Source of the DNA: a virus
Lineage: Duplodnaviria > Caudoviricetes
DNA length: 31,392 nucleotides
Direction: 5' to 3' (one strand)
IMG/VR virus record: IMGVR_UViG_3300007962_000012
Location: 1-31,392 of that record
The position numbers and the translations under genes are program-made. Of the stretch, positions 22,501 through 28,603 are shown piece after piece (within the stretch, counting starts at the first letter, position 1; each line of letters begins with the position of its first letter). The notes beneath the pieces are model-generated. The model was given only the letters and a program-made list of their open reading frames with translations, was not told the origin of the DNA and ran no database searches.

Positions 22501-24000
22501 GATATTATATACAGAATGAAAAATGGCACTAACAGACCATCAGGTGCTAATAAAAATGAAAATAGATTTAACAATTGGGTTAATAATTCAATTGGAGCTA
22601 TCATGTTTTTTAACAGAAGATCTGCATTACTTCAAACGTTATCTATTGCTAACTTTATTAACTGGGGTGATAATAATGTTTTAAAAGCAGGGGCAGCTTT
22701 TGCTAACCAGCCTCAGTACTGGAAAGACTTTGCAACACTATTCAATTCTTCTAAGCTAAAACAAAGAAGGTCTGGTTTAAAAAGCGATGTTAACGAAGCT
22801 GAAATTGCAAATGCGGTTAAAGGTTCTAGGAACAAAGCGGTATCTGCATTAAGCTATTTATTAAAGATTGGTTTTACACCAACACAATTAGCGGATAGTT
22901 TTGCTATTGCTTCAGGAGGTGCTACTTTCTATAGAAACAGAGCTAACAGCTACTTAAAAGAAGTAAATGCTGAAGGTGAAAAAATTTATACACAAAAACA
23001 AGCAGAAGAAAAAGCTTTTGAAGATTTCAGTCAAATATCCGAAGAGACTCAACAATCTGGGGATCCCGCATTAATATCTTCTGACCAAGCAAGTACGCTA
23101 GGTAGAATGATATTAGCTTTTCAAAATACACCTATACAGTTAAATAGATCCATAAAGAAAGCTGCATTAGATATAAAGAACAGAAGAAGAACTCCTGGAC
23201 AAACAATGTTGCAAAGTGATTTTTCAAACATAAGTAAAATAATTTACTACGGAACAGTTCAAAATATTATATTTTCAGCTTTACAAAATGCTTTATTCGC
23301 GTTAATACCTGGATTTGAGGATGAAGACGATGCACTAACTGAGGAAGAACAATTAGAAAAGTACGGTAAAATTTACAGTACAAAGCAAAGTAGAATAGTA
23401 AATGGAATGGTTGACACTACTTTAAAAGGAGGTTTTGGAGTTCCTGGAGCATTCATATCTACTATTAAAAATGCTTACTTAGAATATGCAAAGCAAAAAG
23501 AAAAAGGTTTTATTGGTGATCAAGGGTATACTATATTGGCAGCAGCAAATTTATCTCCGCCAGTTGGATCTAAGCTTAGAAAAATATATAGCGCAATAAA
23601 AACCGAAGAATTTGACAAAGATGTTATTGCAAAAAGAGGATGGGATATTACTATTGACGGAAAATTTAATTTAAGTCCAAAGTATAAAGTACTTGGATCT
23701 GTGACTGAAGGTCTTACAAATTTACCATTAGATAGAATGGTAGCTGAAGTAAGTTCTATTGCAGAAGCTTTAGATGCTAGAAACTCAAAATGGCAAAGAA
23801 TAGCTTTGGCTTTAGGGTGGAAAACTTGGGATGTTAATGTTAAAAACGAAGAGCACGAGCTTATAAAAACAGAAGCTAAAACTAAAAGAAAAGAAGAAGG
23901 TAAAATAAAAGCCAAAGAAACTAGAGCAAAAAATAAAAAAGAAAAAGATAAAAAAGCTAAATTAGAAAGAATTAAGAAAATTAATAAAATGAGTAAATAA
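16531..24000 (+). CDS. Giant putative ejection/polyvalent protein (HExxH peptidase, PD-(D/E)xK-like domain, HAD relic)
   Basis: 2489 aa. It has a G/A-rich hydrophobic region at about aa 440-620, HEFLH at aa 812-816 with EE at 871-872, E1422...D1448...E1461-V-K1463, and a helical C-terminal region. Confidence 0.7.
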   Translation: MPRYKVNEKTYNLPEDKVEGFLQKFPDAIAIEDEAQDFPTSTVEDADAVQQPMTASQAGYVDPKDTESSSVVGLSDSRIEDIEKNFKVGYYHPEQREAYKNWEETGEVDGALLPDFDVDDYKKTERVINDDFRKEVESIYQESAKGVKLDKFGSFDYDDKESIANFRDRAINKLIKENKTIQDKILPQAASQAKFEFDSVNDKLKEKYGINSKNVSQENIDNYTKEATTQFNALVNSKVNSTPEFKQIITDFNSVMDETGRVSLDAFTRGKDWESGMILEKAMAGSPNSIGNLAFKFIQQTYAGGKGIKDGLDEAGVYGAIQMNERFISQLDSTKEKAKKQKWDTNTQGWWRQSDNDLANAFKFVKITNENQIIPSGVTKGSLSDYENSVNKKTEAEDLSIRKKLIDVADQQLVTAAYGADEFKNFMKGDNMLENSVSMIGKQLLPQMAIAITTAGVGNAIQMGSGMYVDGINNKIREKYGLTDGEEITQDMLKNVISDDKFIDTLVAKSVAGGLLAGQLERLGAGKLLSNLTNKGAASILRMGVKRYAQRVGGQVIRNFSSGATEAITEVLQEVISVGVADGKLDKEQLFEAGGTGFLVSAMTGLGGNVVTQTVQEVKTLNRVVAGKLNPKSAEAFFNTKTAEINDLLKNETKPSKIEELQEKKQAILNARNANLKIPSNFSIVTKEKIFDLIEEKQGIEKEIENKDTELVRNQTNRIKEINTELNVISSLETQIKTVEKLTKDVKGLTIESLDNAEAITNFIEENNIDVDSKKASNEQGFIYQNPKTGEQTIVINKEIAAKDRAVNVAAHEFLHGLIFQTVKNSPETQIALGKSLNEYINKIDVNQIKDSNFAKRLESYKDMDEATQSEEVLTLFSDAIATGDIQFNESVFTKIGDVIRRTLQNLGVKVKFNNGKDVYNFVKDYNKSIEKGKLTKAQKAVGKKGAKGALVLEKTVEAEPGIKESKQLTPEQDTQLRSDVAEIKKEASESEALAKKFNKDFIKGAKQTRLENKVLNEIKPVVERVITNRTKALYDPIVEDAKKLVSREMFQESMRSDIETMVLNEFTGKQDIEKFIVNRGFLRANNLAERLGIKNAEEGIDKNLDTAKTILVEETEQPKTDRPRYRNILKSNVLPTETTAKVKDKVLKTVRTLKSKLNTKISINKTVTPLIAEIKENMGKQADIDFKKAMGGKKDGQLKRFLIKNKKAILENMTTTWLVKAMPGAIQKQVDGNFISDWQGKKIDREKTTTQQAGRTSGAEIVRRLPNAFKNLDDKTYLGYVVDESGAPIRGRKESLAKAMAEELSFDIFAAEIQDENSEISRAFESNQEALGEVLKDNFVAVLEKDLDRGTVKFSMSLKERKNLINVAISEGINSQKIKDIAIKNGIPEKEFSAVLENIIHEGILQKMQDAEASNQGLKYEEALEVVLNTFTSSDIKVEKIKRRKGDISIKGGGKTYKVEVKLNDKAQIGSISTGLFTIKDGVISLKDSNNLKINSKLSEENKKVFVDFLNNNKKYLNNLAKAINEANTESSEKAIINKNGHLKLPYSEFWENIKDKMPNNQAGHVSYEGNQSIIEDFYKGIDLMQIGDYGAYAIGNQSKLAGFYQKLEATTNNVLRPVRSGTTVYMRLFPNFKEIKNERKDSLSTAKGISTLAKTIRAAVELDYIETGQKAINNANSNTYSKLSKRLDVKAEDISELITSKAKADWLINKIAEGYNDFYFIDNKMNEVKAVKDVLNTFDVKGRVQQAKVKFSKSMNTTFNEMLQRSTGIEAGETIERSIARRRGATKGKFKVWMPSSLDDFKGLTSYTFAGKGKQGEADQKFFQDALITPYFRGIRAIEQSRQAFKDDFKTLNKQMRPVLKKLGKIVPGTEFTHDQAIRVALWTASGYDIPGISESDIKTLVDFVNDNADLSEYARKLQLISKRKEWSKPGDFWDAETILSDLNNLTEKVGRKEYLTEFIENVDIIFSEDNLNKVEAGYGEAQKEALKDIIYRMKNGTNRPSGANKNENRFNNWVNNSIGAIMFFNRRSALLQTLSIANFINWGDNNVLKAGAAFANQPQYWKDFATLFNSSKLKQRRSGLKSDVNEAEIANAVKGSRNKAVSALSYLLKIGFTPTQLADSFAIASGGATFYRNRANSYLKEVNAEGEKIYTQKQAEEKAFEDFSQISEETQQSGDPALISSDQASTLGRMILAFQNTPIQLNRSIKKAALDIKNRRRTPGQTMLQSDFSNISKIIYYGTVQNIIFSALQNALFALIPGFEDEDDALTEEEQLEKYGKIYSTKQSRIVNGMVDTTLKGGFGVPGAFISTIKNAYLEYAKQKEKGFIGDQGYTILAAANLSPPVGSKLRKIYSAIKTEEFDKDVIAKRGWDITIDGKFNLSPKYKVLGSVTEGLTNLPLDRMVAEVSSIAEALDARNSKWQRIALALGWKTWDVNVKNEEHELIKTEAKTKRKEEGKIKAKETRAKNKKEKDKKAKLERIKKINKMSK

Positions 24001-24359
24001 TGAAGTTTAAATATTTTGAATATGAGCATTTTGATTCGCCTGATATGCCAGGTAGTGGTAAACTAGTCAGTGATGAACTAATAAGTATGCTAGATGTTGC
24101 TAGAAAAAAGTATGGTAAACCTATAATACCAAACTCTGGCTATAGAACAATTGAACACAATGCCGAGGTTGGTGGTAAACCCACCTCATCTCATTTAAAA
24201 GGATTAGCCGCAGATATAAAGTGTACAAATTCAACTGATAGATTTTTACTAGAAGGTATATTAAGAGAAGTTGGATTTACAAGGATAGGTATAGGCAATT
24301 CGTTTATACACGTAGACATTGATAAAGACAAGGCTCAAAAAGTATTATGGACTTATTAA
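24000..24359 (+). CDS. Peptidase M15 family (D-Ala-D-Ala Zn peptidase fold), probable endolysin-type enzyme
   Basis: SGYR...HN..VGG...SSHLKGLAAD...FIHVD gives the H-x6-D and HxD/H Zn ligands. It is coupled to the upstream gene by a TAATG overlap. Confidence 0.85.
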   Translation: MKFKYFEYEHFDSPDMPGSGKLVSDELISMLDVARKKYGKPIIPNSGYRTIEHNAEVGGKPTSSHLKGLAADIKCTNSTDRFLLEGILREVGFTRIGIGNSFIHVDIDKDKAQKVLWTY

Positions 24360-24369
24360 AAATAAAATT

Positions 24370-24477
24370 ATGAAAAAAAAGAAAACATGTTGGAAAGGTT
24401 ACCAGATGAAAGGCTTAAAAAAGAAAGGTAAACGAATGGTGCCAAATTGCGTGCCTGTAGGAAAAAATAAAAAATAG
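24370..24477 (+). CDS. Small basic Cys-pair peptide (35 aa), absent from the ORF track
   Basis: Translated manually as MKKKKTCWKGYQMKGLKKKGKRMVPNCVPVGKNKK, with an A-rich initiation region (aaataaaattATG). I recall the CWKGY...VPNCVP motif from aquatic phage proteins. Confidence 0.7.
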   Translation: MKKKKTCWKGYQMKGLKKKGKRMVPNCVPVGKNKK

Positions 24478-24517
24478 GAGTAAAGATTATCAGGCGTACC
24501 ATACCTGCAATTCCTAT
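24474..24517 (+). ncRNA. Candidate structured RNA element (two stems with an asymmetric internal loop)
   Basis: P1 is ATAGGAGT/ATTCCTAT (8 bp, one G-U). The internal loop is AAAGATTAT/CA. P2 is CAGG/CCTG closing CGTACCATA. No family recognised. Confidence 0.45.
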
Positions 24518-24550
24518 AAAAAAAGGGGTCTCATATTGAGGCCCCTTTTA
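24518..24550. terminator. Bidirectional intrinsic terminator between the convergent arms
   Basis: AAAAGGGGTCTCA-TAT-TGAGGCCCCTTTT, with an A-run before and a T-run after, lies at the strand switch. Confidence 0.9.
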
Positions 24551-24586
24551 ATATTATGTATAGCATAAAGTTATAACTTTTAGCCT

Positions 24587-26305
24587 TTAGCCGTCACACG
24601 CTAAACAGTCTTCATTCATAGCGCTTGCAGCTATATCACCTCGTAAAACAGATTCAGTTCTAGTATAATATAAAGTTTTAATACCTTGCTTCCATGCATT
24701 AAAATGAACTTTGTTCAACCATTTTGGTGTTGCCTCAGAAGGAAACGCTAAGTTTAAACTAACAGACTGATCTATATACTGTTGTCTTAACCCTGCTTGA
24801 TTAACTAATTCTAGTTGATTAATTTCCTTAAACGTTTTAAACACTTCCTTAGCAGGTATGTCATGGCCCATAGTAATATTATCAAGCTCACTGATATCTT
24901 GGACCGAACCTCCATCAGCCAGTATTTTACCCCATATCTTTTCATTATTTAATTTATGTTTTCTTAATAGTTTAACTAACGTAGGATTTTTTCTAATGAA
25001 AGTTCCATTAGCTCCTTGCTCCGCGAATACATTAGCGGCCCAGGGTTCTATTCCTGGAGAAACATTACCACTAAGCTTACTATTGGAAACAGTAGGAGCT
25101 ACAGCACGAAGGTGAGTATTGCGCATACCAGTACCAACACACCATAAAGGCTCGCCATAAATTTCAGCAAGATCCATAGAAGCTCTTTCGCTTTCAATTT
25201 TAATCTGAGAAAATATTTTCCTAGTTTCAAACTGAGCAAGTAAACCTTCAAAAGGAATACCTTTGTTTTGGATATAGGTATGCCATCCGAGGACACCCAA
25301 CCCAAGAGCTCTTCCCTTCTGAGCACTACGAACGGCATTTTCAAAACCTCTAAGTCCTTTTGCTCTTTGAATAAATTCCTCCATAACACCGTCAAGAAAC
25401 CAAGTGGCGTCGTATATAAGATTAGTATCCTTCCATTCTTCATATTTTGATAAATTTAATGATGATAAACAACATACAAAACTGTGATTTTCATCGGTGT
25501 GTAACGTTATTTCTGAACATATATTAGTCATATGAACTTTTAATCCGTTGTGCTTATATGCTTCTGGATTTGCTTTATTAACATTTCCTTTAAACATAAT
25601 ATACGGCTCTCCAGTTGCTTTTCGCTTTCTAAGTAATTTACTCCATTTACCCCTTGCTTCAGCATCTCCTTGTTTAAGCTTACGCATAAACTTATCGCCA
25701 ATAATTGCGCACTGATGTAAGTTAAGCGATTGTCTGTTAACATCTCCTTTAGGTTCCCTGATCTCAAGCCACTCCTCAAAGTCCTCGTGTTCGATGTTGA
25801 TATTAACTGAGGCAGCTCCTCTACGGACACTCCCTTGATTAGTTGCAAGAATTGTTGAGTCATATATTTTGCAGAAAGGTACGACTCCGTCTGATGTTCC
25901 ATTACCTGTAATTTTAGCGCCCGCAGGCCTTATTTGATTAATACCAATACCAACACCACCACCTTGCTTAGCAAGCAGCATCATCTCTAGGTTTTTCTGT
26001 CCGATATCCTGAATCGAATCAGCAACATCGATACCAAAGCAACTAATAGGTAAGCCCCTGTCAGTCCCTGTGTTTGAGAGTACCGGGCTAGCAAGGCACA
26101 GCCAACCATTCCAAATATAATTAAAAAAAGTTTCAGCCATCTCTGGTTTATATAATCTACGAGCAACCGTTTTAGAGACCCTATGGTATGCTTCTCTAGG
26201 TGTTTCTCCGTTATATAAGTATCCCCCGGATATTGTCTTCTTGTATACGTTCGTATCACCCCACGCAGGATAATCTTCTCCTTTGACCCAATCATTGTTC
26301 CACAT
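24587..26305 (-). CDS. nrdA: Ribonucleotide reductase class I alpha subunit, short form without ATP-cone
   Basis: Contains ISCF, TNICSE (N-x-C-x-E), CCLSSLNL, APTVS, KTLYY and a C-terminal CLACDG redox pair; 572 aa. Confidence 0.95.
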   Translation of the reverse strand: MWNNDWVKGEDYPAWGDTNVYKKTISGGYLYNGETPREAYHRVSKTVARRLYKPEMAETFFNYIWNGWLCLASPVLSNTGTDRGLPISCFGIDVADSIQDIGQKNLEMMLLAKQGGGVGIGINQIRPAGAKITGNGTSDGVVPFCKIYDSTILATNQGSVRRGAASVNINIEHEDFEEWLEIREPKGDVNRQSLNLHQCAIIGDKFMRKLKQGDAEARGKWSKLLRKRKATGEPYIMFKGNVNKANPEAYKHNGLKVHMTNICSEITLHTDENHSFVCCLSSLNLSKYEEWKDTNLIYDATWFLDGVMEEFIQRAKGLRGFENAVRSAQKGRALGLGVLGWHTYIQNKGIPFEGLLAQFETRKIFSQIKIESERASMDLAEIYGEPLWCVGTGMRNTHLRAVAPTVSNSKLSGNVSPGIEPWAANVFAEQGANGTFIRKNPTLVKLLRKHKLNNEKIWGKILADGGSVQDISELDNITMGHDIPAKEVFKTFKEINQLELVNQAGLRQQYIDQSVSLNLAFPSEATPKWLNKVHFNAWKQGIKTLYYTRTESVLRGDIAASAMNEDCLACDG

Positions 26306-26306
26306 A

Positions 26307-26519
26307 TTATAATTCTAGTTTTTTATCTTCAACTTTTTCTTCACCAGCTTTTTCCTTAAGTTTTTCAATTGCTTCATCATAACCTGGCATATATTTAATT
26401 GCTTCCAAGGTTCCTAAAGCTATTGTAGTTAGCTGATTTAATTCTCTTATTACTTTTTGATTGATCATTCCTAATGTCTCAATCTTGTTCTTCATTTCAA
26501 TTAGTGTCTGTTCTTTCAT
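26307..26519 (-). CDS. Hypothetical small coiled-coil protein
   Basis: 70-aa ORF packed in the - strand operon directly upstream of nrdA. Confidence 0.65.
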   Translation of the reverse strand: MKEQTLIEMKNKIETLGMINQKVIRELNQLTTIALGTLEAIKYMPGYDEAIEKLKEKAGEEKVEDKKLEL

Positions 26520-26913
26520 ATAATTGTTTATCTATTTCTTGTTGTGTTATATTTACTCTACCAACTTTGTTTGGTATTAAATGACATCCACTATATCCGA
26601 GCAAATGATATATGGCTTCATGTATTATGGCCCATTCAACTCTTTTATATTTGGCTAATATTTTAAAGTCATCTACATTTTTTCCTAACGATTTATGGGA
26701 GTTCATTCTAGGTTTTAAATCACTGGTTATTCCTACATAGTCTTCATTAGGTAATTTATATACTCTCCAATACCCATCAAGAGATTCTTTTCTTTTAGAT
26801 GTTCTATAAGAGATACTACATTTTTTACATTCTGGTCTTTCACCTTTGTCTTTGCCTCGCTTATAATAATCTGATAGAGGTTTTGGTAGTTTACATTTTG
26901 TACACTTTTTCAT
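26497..26913 (-). CDS. Zn-finger plus GIY-YIG-like endonuclease (putative homing endonuclease)
   Basis: N-terminal CTKC...CKKC, then WRVYKL-x4-YVGIT-x5-R-x3-H and a distal helix Glu (AIIHEA), fitting a GIY-YIG fold. Confidence 0.7.
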   Translation of the reverse strand: MKKCTKCKLPKPLSDYYKRGKDKGERPECKKCSISYRTSKRKESLDGYWRVYKLPNEDYVGITSDLKPRMNSHKSLGKNVDDFKILAKYKRVEWAIIHEAIYHLLGYSGCHLIPNKVGRVNITQQEIDKQLYERTDTN

Positions 26914-26914
26914 A

Positions 26915-27346
26915 TTATAAATGTCTATGAACAGCTTGCCTACTTATTTTTAATACGTCAGCTACATACTGTACGGTTTGTTTAGGCATTAGCTCTCTGA
27001 TTAATCTAATTTTAACTTTTGTTTTTAACTTCTTGTTATTACTTATAGACACAACTTCTTTAGTTCTTTCTAAATCTTGTTTCATCTGATAAAAATAACT
27101 TGATGCTGATTTTACTTTACGATCAGTTAATTCTTTAGACCATCTATATAGTGCAGCTTGCAACCAACTATAGGGTTTTTTCCAGTCTTCAAATCCAAAA
27201 ATTACGTGAAGATCCCATGTGTTTCCGTGTAACTTATGATACCACCAATATTCAAACCCATCAAAGGTTATCTTATGATTCTCAGGAAGACATAGAGATT
27301 CAAGGTCTTGATCTGACCAACTCGTTATATTCATATCTATTTCCAT
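26915..27346 (-). CDS. Protein with C-terminal helix-turn-helix
   Basis: The C-terminus TVQYVADVLKISRQAVHRHL is a clear HTH. The N-terminal domain is Trp-rich and unrecognised. Confidence 0.7.
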   Translation of the reverse strand: MEIDMNITSWSDQDLESLCLPENHKITFDGFEYWWYHKLHGNTWDLHVIFGFEDWKKPYSWLQAALYRWSKELTDRKVKSASSYFYQMKQDLERTKEVVSISNNKKLKTKVKIRLIRELMPKQTVQYVADVLKISRQAVHRHL

Positions 27347-27361
27347 TTTGTTTCTTATTAG

Positions 27362-27457
27362 TATTATTACACGTTTACATTTGGTTTTACAGCAGTTGTA
27401 AACATTATTATTATTATTAATTGATTATCAGCAGGTTACCCAGGTGAAAAAAGTTTA
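27362..27457. promoter_or_regulatory. Motif-dense intergenic region upstream of the HTH gene
   Basis: Inverted repeat GTTTACA (27373-79)/TGTAAAC (27397-403), (ATT)5 at 27404-18, quasi-palindrome TGATTATCA at 27422-30, and further GGTTAC/GTTTAC copies. Confidence 0.45.
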
Positions 27458-27464
27458 CTTATGC

Positions 27465-28436
27465 TTATTCCCATATATCCTCATAGTCCTCACCCTCACC
27501 AGCTTTGCTATAATCTGTTGGCCTAATTGCGAAAAAATCAGTATGAGTGACGCCCCCGGTAAGATGATAGAACCAATCAAGATTAGCTGCTGCTTTAGTG
27601 TCATACGCAAAATACGACCCCAGGTCAATGTAACCAAGTTCCACAAGTTTTTCATTTGCTCTCTTTTTTATAAAATGTTTTAAATCGTTTGATTTGAGGC
27701 CCTTTATGTCACCCTTTTCAAACATCTTACTAATATAATTAGTCTCTAGCTTAACCATTGCCTCAGCTGACTTAAGGATATCCTCGCGACACAATTCAAG
27801 CAATTGATTATCCTCTTCACACATATGTCTAAATAATTGACAACCCATTTTACTATGCAATGATTCATCTCTTACTGACCACTTCATTTGTTGTCCGATA
27901 CCCTTAAGTAAATTACGCAGCTGAAAAGAATACAGAACAGCAAAAGCAGAATACAAACTAACTCCTTCAGCGAAGGCTGAAAATACAGCAAGAGATTTAG
28001 CGATGCCAGTACGGCTGTTACCATTATAAGCAACAAGATTATTAAAACGCTCCGCCGTAGCAGGCTCGTGTAAAAATGCTTCATAGTCTTCTAGTTTTAA
28101 TGTTTCATTTAAATAACTGTAAGCAACTGCATGTATAGTTTCTTGTGATCCAAACATCATTGCCATTTGCTGTATTTCGTGCTTAGGAAACCAACCAACA
28201 ACTTTTTGTGTCCAGTAATCTGATACTGCACATTCTGTTTGAGCAAAGCCGAGGAGTATGTTCCCGACTAAGTGCTTTTCTTTTTCATTTAACTTTTCAT
28301 TCCAATCTTTTAAATCGCCTTGCATTGAGATTTCAGTGTGTAACCAAAATGCTTGAGCTTGTTTTAACCAACCTTCTGTGTAGTACTCAGGGTACTCAAA
28401 AGGTTTATACGCTACTCTTTTATCAAATAATCCCAT
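27465..28436 (-). CDS. nrdB: Ribonucleotide reductase class I beta subunit (Glu first ligand, class Id-like)
   Basis: Ferritin-like ligands E68, E99-x-x-H102, AEGVSLY and RDESLH are present, along with radical-site Y106 and a C-terminal DFF. Confidence 0.95.
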   Translation of the reverse strand: MGLFDKRVAYKPFEYPEYYTEGWLKQAQAFWLHTEISMQGDLKDWNEKLNEKEKHLVGNILLGFAQTECAVSDYWTQKVVGWFPKHEIQQMAMMFGSQETIHAVAYSYLNETLKLEDYEAFLHEPATAERFNNLVAYNGNSRTGIAKSLAVFSAFAEGVSLYSAFAVLYSFQLRNLLKGIGQQMKWSVRDESLHSKMGCQLFRHMCEEDNQLLELCREDILKSAEAMVKLETNYISKMFEKGDIKGLKSNDLKHFIKKRANEKLVELGYIDLGSYFAYDTKAAANLDWFYHLTGGVTHTDFFAIRPTDYSKAGEGEDYEDIWE

Positions 28437-28603
28437 TATGTTTGTGTAAAGCTTTTAATTGTTTCTAATTCGTTCTTCCAGGCTTCTATATGAGCCAATA
28501 TAACGGGCTTTGTTGTAGACTTAGATACATTCCTCATATCATATAATATGTTGTCAATAAATAAGCCTACAGAAGCCACTATTAATTTAAGATCCTCATC
28601 CAT
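28436..28603 (-). CDS. Hypothetical 55-aa protein, absent from the ORF track
   Basis: Translated manually as MDEDLKLIVASVGLFIDNILYDMRNVSKSTTKPVILAHIEAWKNELETIKSFTQT. TAATG overlaps occur at both ends and it fills the gap exactly. Confidence 0.75.
   Translation of the reverse strand: MDEDLKLIVASVGLFIDNILYDMRNVSKSTTKPVILAHIEAWKNELETIKSFTQT

Noticed and set aside
1675-24029. Short - strand ORFs inside the structural genes (e.g. 3019-3249, 19683-20084, 23520-24029)
   Set aside because: They are antisense shadows of Lys/Glu-rich genes, giving Phe/Leu/Ser-rich translations with no motifs.
24474-24517. Assignment of the RNA element to a known riboswitch or ribozyme (fluoride, hammerhead)
   Set aside because: Core consensus nucleotides were not found, and it lies 3' of genes on both strands rather than in a leader.
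24552-24580. Partial resemblance to loxP/dif (GTATAGCATA, AAGTTAT, TATTATGT)
   Set aside because: The arm-spacer-arm geometry is absent and there is no recombinase in the window.
27415-27436. Fur-box-like TGATAATCA on the - strand
   Set aside because: Only the core matches (about 11 of 19 positions by eye) in very AT-rich sequence. It is kept only as part of the motif array.
24587-28436. Intron or intein in nrdA or nrdB
   Set aside because: Both genes are continuous and compact with all catalytic motifs. The endonuclease is intergenic.
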